Source of the DNA: Candidatus Poribacteria bacterium
Lineage (GTDB): Bacteria > Poribacteria > WGA-4E > WGA-3G
Assembly: GCA_965215265.1 (NCBI GenBank)
Contig: OZ244048.1
Span: 3,200,001 to 3,264,000 of the forward strand
Length of the DNA stretch: 64,000 nucleotides
Reading direction: 5' to 3'
Of the stretch, positions 28,639 through 37,198 are shown one piece after another (the first letter of the stretch is position 1; each line of letters begins with the position of its first letter). The notes under the pieces were generated by a model, which made no database searches, had not been told where the DNA came from, and worked only from the letters and a program-made list of their open reading frames with translations. A program made the position numbers and the translations under genes.

Positions 28639-31196
28639 ATGCATCGACCGGCCCTCTATTTCCTTATTCCATACCTGCTCGGCATTGCTATAGGACGGTA
28701 CACGCCGGTGCCTTCTTTCTGGCTGTGGCTCTTCACGTTGATTTGTCTGATCGGCGCGCTGCTCTGCCAACGGTTTACCAAATTGAAAAGTAAGATGCCA
28801 GTATACGTCTTGCTGCATCTCGCTGTATTTGCCAGTGGTAGCCTACGCTTGAACATCGCCGAGGTGTCGCCAATTCCGACCTATTTTTATGATAAACCGA
28901 TTCACTTTTCCGGAAGAACTGTGTATCAACCGGAGCGAGGTGAACAGTGGGATGCTTGTTATGCTATAGGACGGATTGAACTGTTGTCAACCACAACAAC
29001 GCCGAACGGTACTGAAGTCGATATTCACCCCCCCCTTCATATCCATTAAGTTATTATACAATAACGCCGAACGGTGTCAAAGTTCTCGTCCGGTTCCAGG
29101 AACCGGTGGAACTCCGATACGGAAAACAGTTGACATTGACAGGTGTCTTGCGGCAACCGCAAGCCCAACGTAATCCAGGGGGTTTTGACTATCGCGGATA
29201 CCTCGCCCGGCAGAAGGTTCACGGCATCATCGACAGCCGGGGACTGGTTCGGATTGGGAAGCAGGTAGGATTTCCACCGTTGGGTTGGATAGAAAGATTT
29301 CGTCTCCGTGTTGAAACGGCTATCGAGGCGACGTACAGAAAAAAACCGTTACACGCACAACTCATCAAAGGTATCCTACTCGGAAAGCGGAGCGATATCC
29401 GCTCAGAGACGTTGAACATTTTCCGCAATAGTGGTACTTTCCACGTGCTGGCGGTCTCCGGTTTGCACGTTGGGTTGATTGCTGCGTTCTGTTACTTGGG
29501 GTTTTCAAGGTTGCGGCTTCCAAAAAAGGTTTTATGCGTTTTGACGATTGTCGCAGTGCTGGTTTATGCGTGCATCGTTGGGTTTCGCCCGTCTGTTTTT
29601 CGTGCCTCCCTCATGGCAATTCTGTTTCTATTCGCGAGAATTATCGACCGGGATGCAGATATTTTTAACCTGCTAGCAGTTGCTGCGTTGCTTTTACTGC
29701 TTCTGAATCCAACCCAAGTGTGGGATGTCGGTTTCCAATTGTCATTCGTTGCTGTGGCGGTGATTGTCTATTTGGTGCCGAAAATGGAAAAGCATCTCCG
29801 AGATTGGTGGCAACCGCCGGAATCTTATAGAGATGACACCTCCGGAATTCAACGTCTCTTTATCAGACTTGGACGGCGTGCTTTAAAATGGCTGGTGCTT
29901 TCCTACGTTATAACATTGGCTGCCCAACTCGGCACTGGCCCTATTATCGCCTTCCATTTTTTTCGGGCGTATCCGTGGGGTATCCTTGTGGGTCCTTTTG
30001 CTGTTGGGCTCGTCTCTCTTATTGTGGCGGTAGGCCTGCTCTCGATAGGTGCGGGACTTATCTGGCTCCCGTTGGCGAAACTTCTCGCCTTGTTGAACGA
30101 TGCAATTATATTTCTGTTTTTGGAGCTCATTGCAATTTTTGGAGAGGTGGGCGGGGTGTTGAAGGTAAAACCGCCCACATTAGGGTTCTTCTGCCTTTAC
30201 GGCGGTTTGTGTTTAGGTATAGTGCATTGGCGATTCGTCTACAACCAGTGGCGATTGGCGACACTCGTTGGGCTGTGTCTCATAGCAGTCTGGGTGTGGG
30301 ACAGGGCCTTTCACGAGAAAGGGCAATTGCTGGAGGTAGTCACGTTAGATGTCGGCCAAGGGGATGCGGCTGTCATTATCTTCCCGGATAAACGGACGAT
30401 GCTCATCGACGGTGGTATCCGGCGCGCTTATTACGATGAAAAAAGGCAGAGACATATCGAGTACGATGCGGGCGAACGGATTGTCGCGCCTTATCTTGAC
30501 TCGCGAGGAATCCGTCAGTTGGATATCGTGCTGCTAACCCATCCGGATATTGACCACGGCGGCGGACTTGTACATATTTTGGAAAACTTTGATGTCAGAC
30601 AGGTAATCGGAATTTCGGATGACATCTCCGGGTCTTCAACACTTGCGCGATTACGCAACACCGCTAAAGAGAGAAGCATTCCCTACTCGTTCAAATACGC
30701 TGGCGACATCCAGTTGACACCGACAGCAACGCTCACACTCTTGCATCCGATCGACGCTTCCACTACCGAGCTGATGGACAAAGATACCAATAACGATTCG
30801 CTTGTCATCAAGCTAAGTTATGGTACGGTAGATATGCTTTTTACAGGAGATATTGGTGCGCCAGCGGAGTCCGCCTTGATCGCATCAGGTCAAGATTTAC
30901 GGGCGGAGATTCTGAAAGTACCGCATCACGGTAGTCGAACGTCAAGCACAGCACGGTTTTTAGATGCTGTTCAAGCACAGTACGCTATCTTTTCACTCGG
31001 AAAACGGAATCGGTATCGATTTCCACATCCGGATGTCGTGGCACGCTATCAGGAACGAGGATGTGTGCAGTTGCGAACAGATGAACTCGGTGCAATTACT
31101 TTGAAGACAGATGGCACCCGGTGTTGGTTTCGTTATCATGTTTTTGACGAGGGTGCTCCTTCTGATTCTTCTGATTTGACAATAAAGGGGAAATGA
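28639..31196 (+). pseudogene. comEC: DNA uptake channel ComEC/Rec2 interrupted by a 65-bp insertion (fragments 28639-29049 and 29106-31196)
   Basis: RNPGGFDY, HVLAVSGLHVG, PSVFRA, GFQLSF, DVGQGD, THPDIDHGGG, KVPHHGS; frame restored by removing 65 bp between 18-bp direct repeats. Confidence 0.85.
28993..29075 (+). repeat. 18-bp direct repeat (1 mismatch) flanking a 47-bp insert
   Basis: ACAACAACGCCGAACGGT (28993-29010) and ACAATAACGCCGAACGGT (29058-29075). Confidence 0.85.
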
Positions 31197-31287
31197 CGTA
31201 AAATAGAGCAGCAACCGAAAAAAAAACTAACGCAGAGATGATGTTATACGGAGAGAGAAACGCCAATTAAAGAGAGGGAAATTTTTT

Positions 31288-32334
31288 ATGAGTCAAACGA
31301 GAAAAGTTGTGATGATGAATGAAGCGGGACGAATCTGGACAGAGGAACAGGAGACTCCTGCACCAAAACCCGGACAGTTGCTAATTGAAGTGCGCGCCTC
31401 TATGGTAAGTCCCGGTACCGAGTTAGGGGGCGTGAAGCGGCGGCGGGAGAATCCGGGCGCGACAGAGAGACAACGGCCCTTTGGGTATACTAACGCCGGT
31501 GTCGTCGTAGGAAAAGCAGGTGCCTGCGGCCCGTTTAAGCTCGGCGACCGGGTATCCGGCATGGGTGGCGGGTACGCCCTCCACGCTACGTACGCTTGTG
31601 TCCCCCATAATTTGTGTGCAAAGATTCCTGATAACCTGAGCGATGAAGCAGCCGCGTCCAACCATCTCGCTGCGACGGCATTGCACGCTGTGCAACGCGG
31701 GCGTATCCGCATCGGTGAAAACGTTGTGGTTGCAGGTTTGGGCATCGTCGGGCAATTCGCGTGCCAGATTGCGAAGGCCGCTGGTGCTTACGTAATGGGG
31801 TTGGATCGGTTGCCTTTACGCGTAGCTATTGCAGAACGTGCAGGCGTTTATCGGGCAGTCAATGTATCTGAAACCGATGCGGTAGCGCTCGCAGCGGATT
31901 TTACGAACGGTTACGGCATGGATTGTGGCATCATCGCTTTCGGCGGTGACGCAACCAGTGCCTTTCAACAGATTCGGGCAATGCTCAAAAGCGCACCGGA
32001 TACGCATAAGATGGGACGGATTGTCATCGTTGGCGGCGCGAGTATCACACACGGTTTTGCAGCCGGACTCGGGAACGTTGACGTTATCAGTGCAGCACGT
32101 ACCGGCCCCGGCTATCACGATGAAGCTTATGAACACGGTGCGGATTACCCACCCGTCTTCGTCTCGTGGCCGACACAGCGGAACTTGGAATTGGTTTTGC
32201 GCATGATGTCAGAAGGCAAGATCCAGGTTAAGCCGTTGATAACAGATGTGGTTCCGATTGATGATGCCCCTGCCGCTTGTGAAAAATTGATTGAGAGCCC
32301 CAATGAGGCGTTGGGCGTTATCTTTTCTATGTAA
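31288..32334 (+). CDS. Medium-chain (zinc-binding-type) dehydrogenase
   Basis: VSPGTE, PFGY, GLGIVG Rossmann motif. Confidence 0.85.
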   Translation: MSQTRKVVMMNEAGRIWTEEQETPAPKPGQLLIEVRASMVSPGTELGGVKRRRENPGATERQRPFGYTNAGVVVGKAGACGPFKLGDRVSGMGGGYALHATYACVPHNLCAKIPDNLSDEAAASNHLAATALHAVQRGRIRIGENVVVAGLGIVGQFACQIAKAAGAYVMGLDRLPLRVAIAERAGVYRAVNVSETDAVALAADFTNGYGMDCGIIAFGGDATSAFQQIRAMLKSAPDTHKMGRIVIVGGASITHGFAAGLGNVDVISAARTGPGYHDEAYEHGADYPPVFVSWPTQRNLELVLRMMSEGKIQVKPLITDVVPIDDAPAACEKLIESPNEALGVIFSM

Positions 32335-32398
32335 ATATGTAAATGTGTAAAAAGGTAAAAAGGTAAAAAAACAGAGAGTTTCTGCTATAGACAAAAAA

Positions 32399-33604
32399 AT
32401 GGAAATTAGAGCCGTTCGCGAATTAGAATTAGAACAGGTCGTTGAACTGTCATGCCTAGCGTTTAATCCAGATGGGCATGAACGGTATTGGCAATATGTC
32501 CATGGGGATAGGAGTTACAACCTTTCTCAGACGCGCGTTGTTGTTGTGAACCAGCGGGTTGTTTCAACTTTGCGGGTGTGGGAGCGCCGGATGCGGGTTG
32601 GGGCATCTATTATAACAATGGGTGGTATCGGCGGCGTTTGTACGCATCCGAATTACCGTGGCGTTGGCTATGCTTCTGCTCTTATGGAGGATACGGTTGG
32701 CTATCTGCGGACAATTGGCTGTGACATCGGTGCCCTTTTTACCATCATTCCTGATGGGTTCTATCGGCGGTTGGGCTGGGCCCCTTTCCCGTTAGCGGGG
32801 TTTCAGGTTGCAGGTCCTTCTCTAAAGCGCCCCGTTAATACAGTGTGGGCGGTGCGGGATTTCAGTTTGCAGTCTGATTTAGATGCGGTTGCAGGCGTTT
32901 ATGATGCTGCTAATGTTGAGCAGAGCGGTAGCGTGGTGCGAACACGTGCCTATTGGGACATGCAACCGTCACGTATCCGGGGGGTCCTGCCGACCGTGGT
33001 TGCGTACAAAAACGGGAGACTGGGTGGGTATCTCAATTATCAGATAGACGGAGACGCAGCGGAGGTATTTGAAGTTGTGGTGCATCCAGAAGAACCGGCT
33101 GTGTTAGACGCGCTCGGTTCGCATCTGCTGGAAGTGTGTGAGGAACAAGACGTTTCGGAAATATATGGCAAATTTTCGCATCGCCATCCTTTTGTGGCGC
33201 GGCTGGCACCGGAATCTAATGGCGGGGTAGGAGAGTGCGAGGACAGTTCGATGATGCTCTATGCGGTTAACCTACAAGTGTTTTTACGCCGTCTGTTGCT
33301 TGAGGGGCAGGCACGACTGGCGGCATCGGGTCAAGTATTCCCGGAGCTGGCGATGCGATTTACTGTCAATAATCAAGAGGCGGTTCTTCACCACGATGGA
33401 AATGGGACGCTGCAAATATACGCTGAACATCCGAATGCACTTGAGCTCGGCATCCCCGAGGCGGTGTTCTGGAAACTTCTCTTTGGCGAATTAAGTTCGG
33501 GGCAGGTTAAAGCGGATGTTTCCGGGCGGTCCGATATCTGGCGCTTTTTATCTACACTGTTTCCGCAACGCGATGTCATCTTCTGGTCTCCGGACCGGTA
33601 TTGA
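32399..33604 (+). CDS. Eis-like GNAT N-acetyltransferase
   Basis: IGGVCTHPNYRGVGYA, FYRRLGW. Confidence 0.85.
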   Translation: MEIRAVRELELEQVVELSCLAFNPDGHERYWQYVHGDRSYNLSQTRVVVVNQRVVSTLRVWERRMRVGASIITMGGIGGVCTHPNYRGVGYASALMEDTVGYLRTIGCDIGALFTIIPDGFYRRLGWAPFPLAGFQVAGPSLKRPVNTVWAVRDFSLQSDLDAVAGVYDAANVEQSGSVVRTRAYWDMQPSRIRGVLPTVVAYKNGRLGGYLNYQIDGDAAEVFEVVVHPEEPAVLDALGSHLLEVCEEQDVSEIYGKFSHRHPFVARLAPESNGGVGECEDSSMMLYAVNLQVFLRRLLLEGQARLAASGQVFPELAMRFTVNNQEAVLHHDGNGTLQIYAEHPNALELGIPEAVFWKLLFGELSSGQVKADVSGRSDIWRFLSTLFPQRDVIFWSPDRY

Positions 33605-33674
33605 CAGAGACCGTAACTGGAATACCCGATGAAAATGATTTTGCTTTTCTTGATACTATTCTCTGTTACCGCTT

Positions 33675-33828
33675 ATGAGCGGAGAGCCTCCGTCCCACAA
33701 TGTCTCCTCGTTGAGTCTGTGCCGCCGAAAACCATCGCCCCGAGCCGTCCGTTTCCCACAGGGAGCGCGTCTGTCCACTCTTCGGCTGGGTTTTGATACC
33801 ATAAAATGAGTTTATCTGTGTCCGTCAT
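33675..33828 (-). pseudogene. N-terminal remnant of a GH95 (alpha-L-fucosidase-like) gene
   Basis: Manual translation [36 protein letters not shown], then after a frameshift LNEETLWDG; truncated. Confidence 0.7.
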
Positions 33829-33831
33829 GGC

Positions 33832-36800
33832 TTATCCTTGATCGTCGAACTTAAGGCTGTCTGTAACGCTGGCGAGTACCTGGTTTATCTGTTCCAACAT
33901 CTCGGCTGACGGGGTTTCTCCCTTCGCGGTAATGACGAGCCGGAATTTGAAGTTGAGTTCAGGCGCGCTCTCTATCAGTTCGCCAACAGCCTCAGACAGA
34001 TCTTGAATTTCAACATCTGTTAGGGGCGATTCTGTATGGCCTACCCATGCTGGTTTCTGTACTCGCCTGTTTAGAAAGTCCTCATTATCTTCGGATAAAG
34101 TGATGGTGCCAGTGTTAATCGCTTTAGTTACAACGGCGCGAAACACCTCGTCGGGTATAGGGAAGCCTTTTTTGGTCTGGAGTGCGGTTTTAATGGCTCG
34201 GAGCGTCGCGGTTTGAGATTCCCCCCAGGCTGCTTCGACATCCGGACCGGTGAGCTCCGACGGTTCCAAGTCCGGAATAGGCTGCAACACTTTCAAATGG
34301 ACGTTATCCGCCTGTTCGGGGGTACAGGGCCATTCGGGTCCTCCGTCTATGATTTCAAAGAGGTTGGCATTCACGCCGCTGTCGATGGTATTAACAAGCA
34401 TCGACCACGGGATGGGGGTGGCTTTGCGTTGTGCTAACACGCTACGGATGCGCCCAACAGAGGTGGTTTCGTTATCCCACGCGTCGGACAGATTTTTGGG
34501 TGTGATGTGGGCGTGCTGAATCTGTGCGATCGGTTTTCGGAGCTGCAATGTATCGTTTCGGGCATCGTCCGGAATGGGTTCATTCTGATAGGCGTTATCT
34601 TGGTGGCAGGCCATAAGCATGCCGTTTTTAACGGCGGTCTGAATGGCTGTGAAAAGGACGTTGGGGTTGGCAATTGTTGGTGCCTGTGCTCCGTCAAAGA
34701 ACGCCCGTAGTGCTTCCACACTAATCGGGGCATTCTCATCGGGCCATACCTCCTGAAGCTTCCCGGGTACGAATAGGTTAGGTCTGAGGGTGTCGAGTTT
34801 AGCGTGTTGGATTGGTACGATATCGAAGTTTCGGTCCCGGAGTTCTGTCTCGGTAGTGGGTGCCTCGCGCCAATAGGTTAACTGGGTGCCGTCTGGCCGG
34901 GTGGATTGGAGTACGATTTGTCCTTCTTCGGCGGCACGTCGGAGGGTTTCAAGGAGTACCTGCTGGTTCAAGAGTCGCGGTAGTCTCGGCAGGCTGCCGA
35001 ACATCCGGTAGAAATCTTGTACCGGTTTCGCTGTCTCGTCTGGTCCCCATAATTCATAAGGGCCCGTTGGGGTGATGAGGGCTGGGTCTAGGGTGGCCTG
35101 GATCAATCTATCATCGCTGGTGAGTTTAGTTTTGACGCGCTCGAACGGTGAATCGTTCCCGGATGTCGGTATAGTGCTCGCTTCAATATTGCCGTCCGGG
35201 TTAACGGCTATCAGTACATTATACGCCCCGATGACCGAGTCAGCGATGCTGTTTTCGTCCTTGCGTTTCCGAGTGAGGAGCTGTGTCCGCTGCGATTCGG
35301 TCAAAGACCTCATCTCGTTCTCGTTCTGTTCGATGTTGTGCCATCCGAGGATTTTCCTGATGCTTTCTCGCAGTGTGTAGAGTCGGTTTGTATCGGCGGC
35401 GAGGATGAGTACGTTGTTCGGGAAGGTGCCGTCGAAGAACGCAGTGAGCGTCTCCGAGACCGCTTCTCCGGGGCGTGCTGTATCTTTGGGGTTTGCAATC
35501 ACAAAGTGGAGTTCGGGGGTGTCCGGCACATCGGTACGCGAGGTTGGCAGTGTGTGCAGCGCTACACCATCTCGTTTCCTGCCGAGGGAGGCATCTCTGA
35601 CGCGTTGGACGAGGTCGTCCGTGATCTGCTCGTCGGTAAGCCGTTCCATCGCACGGACGTGCATCCTGGTGAGATTAGTAGTGATGCTCAGGGACCATCT
35701 GGCTGGGTCTTCTTTGAGGAACCAGGAGCGTTCTCGCCAGGCATCGAGTCCTTTTTCGAGGGAGGCGGCATCCATGTCCGCGTGTGCGACGAGGCGGTAG
35801 AGGTCGGTGTCTTCTGCACTCTGCCCGGTGGGTTGCGAGTGCAGAAAAGTAGCGAGCACAGCAGCCTCGACCTCTCGGTGCTCGAGTTGGGGGAGTTGCG
35901 TCTGAACGGCCCGTGCTCTGTCTAGTTCGCCGTTGAGGATCGGTGTCCATTTATTGCTCTCTTCACAGGCGTTGATGAGTTCTTGGAGTGCATCCGAGAG
36001 TTCTGTATCGGTGGCGAGGAGTGTGCTGGGGCCGACGAACGGGGCGGTGTCTTTCCGTTCGGCTTCTTTCAGCATGAGTGCGAACGTTCGGAACATTCCG
36101 CGGGTGCCTTGGAAGCCTTTGAGCTGCGTCCATTTTTGATAGAGGACCTCGATGAGGTCGGGATGGAAGGGGTAGGATTTGAGGAGTGCGGCCTCTGGAT
36201 TATCGCTTTGTGTTGTGTCGAGTGAGAGTTTTTCGCGTGCGGCGAGCAGGCGTTTGACAATGGGTTTCCGTTTTTCTTCGGGTATGACGCTTTCAAAGAG
36301 TCGCCGTCTGAGCAGTTCTGCGATGTCGTCTCTGGAGACGGGTTCGACAGGCTTTTCCGTGCGGCGGAACACGCCCTCCAGCATAGTTAGGACGTTAGTG
36401 CCGGTCGGGTCGTCGGCGCTAATCTCGGCGGCGATGAGGCTGGCGACGATGGCGGCATGTTCCACTTTGTCTACTGCCTGCGTGAGTCCTTGGAAGAAGT
36501 CCTGCAGCGTTCCGAATCGATCGGGGTTGTCATTAACTGCACCGCGTGCGTACATCAGCGCTTCGTCGAGCAGGATGAGGGTAGACATCCCTTGCTTCTG
36601 TGGTGCTCTGAGGAGTTCGACGAGGGTCGGTTCGGCGGGCGGGACGTAGTCCCTATCATGGGCGGCGACCTTGGCGAGCCCTGCCTCACCGGCGAGTTGA
36701 TAGGCTAGTGCTCCCCAAGGCGTGTTAACGTGTCTCTGTTTCCCATCTGGGCCGAGCACCGAAAGTCCGTCTTTGACATCGAATTTGTCAAACGGGAGGA

Positions 36801-37188
36801 GGGCGACTCTGGCACGCGGCAACGTCGTTAACTCACTATCCTCCATGAATTCTTGGACTGTGGGGTGTGCTTGGAATTCAATGCCTCGTTCGGCGAGATG
36901 TAAGAGCGTAATCAGCGAGTGTGTTTTGCCACCGCCGTAGGCCACCTGCACCGTGATGACGGGGTTGCCATCCTCCCCAGCAAGCCGTCGAAGCACTTCG
37001 CGTACCAACCTTTTGAGGTTGCGGGTAGGGTAGGTGCGGTCGAAGAATTGGTCTGGGAGCCTGTAGACGTTAGGGGCATCCCCGGTTCGGACGCTGTAGA
37101 GGTCGGCTGCGAATTCTGCCAAGTTAAGGCTGCCGCTCCGGACATCTTCTCTTAATGTACACTCGGTATGCCATGCGTTACTGTTCAT
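33832..37188 (-). CDS. DUF499 family ATPase of a restriction-like defence system
   Basis: EFAADL, FFDRTYPT, Walker A YGGGKTHS, LLDE, SYPFHP, FQGTRG. Confidence 0.88.
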   Translation of the reverse strand: MNSNAWHTECTLREDVRSGSLNLAEFAADLYSVRTGDAPNVYRLPDQFFDRTYPTRNLKRLVREVLRRLAGEDGNPVITVQVAYGGGKTHSLITLLHLAERGIEFQAHPTVQEFMEDSELTTLPRARVALLPFDKFDVKDGLSVLGPDGKQRHVNTPWGALAYQLAGEAGLAKVAAHDRDYVPPAEPTLVELLRAPQKQGMSTLILLDEALMYARGAVNDNPDRFGTLQDFFQGLTQAVDKVEHAAIVASLIAAEISADDPTGTNVLTMLEGVFRRTEKPVEPVSRDDIAELLRRRLFESVIPEEKRKPIVKRLLAAREKLSLDTTQSDNPEAALLKSYPFHPDLIEVLYQKWTQLKGFQGTRGMFRTFALMLKEAERKDTAPFVGPSTLLATDTELSDALQELINACEESNKWTPILNGELDRARAVQTQLPQLEHREVEAAVLATFLHSQPTGQSAEDTDLYRLVAHADMDAASLEKGLDAWRERSWFLKEDPARWSLSITTNLTRMHVRAMERLTDEQITDDLVQRVRDASLGRKRDGVALHTLPTSRTDVPDTPELHFVIANPKDTARPGEAVSETLTAFFDGTFPNNVLILAADTNRLYTLRESIRKILGWHNIEQNENEMRSLTESQRTQLLTRKRKDENSIADSVIGAYNVLIAVNPDGNIEASTIPTSGNDSPFERVKTKLTSDDRLIQATLDPALITPTGPYELWGPDETAKPVQDFYRMFGSLPRLPRLLNQQVLLETLRRAAEEGQIVLQSTRPDGTQLTYWREAPTTETELRDRNFDIVPIQHAKLDTLRPNLFVPGKLQEVWPDENAPISVEALRAFFDGAQAPTIANPNVLFTAIQTAVKNGMLMACHQDNAYQNEPIPDDARNDTLQLRKPIAQIQHAHITPKNLSDAWDNETTSVGRIRSVLAQRKATPIPWSMLVNTIDSGVNANLFEIIDGGPEWPCTPEQADNVHLKVLQPIPDLEPSELTGPDVEAAWGESQTATLRAIKTALQTKKGFPIPDEVFRAVVTKAINTGTITLSEDNEDFLNRRVQKPAWVGHTESPLTDVEIQDLSEAVGELIESAPELNFKFRLVITAKGETPSAEMLEQINQVLASVTDSLKFDDQG

Positions 37189-37198
37189 AAATGTGTTC

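Noticed and set aside
29041-29068. dif/Xer or integron attC-like site in the comEC insert
   Set aside because: Only loose AT-rich similarity; no paired XerC/XerD arms or attC inverted structure
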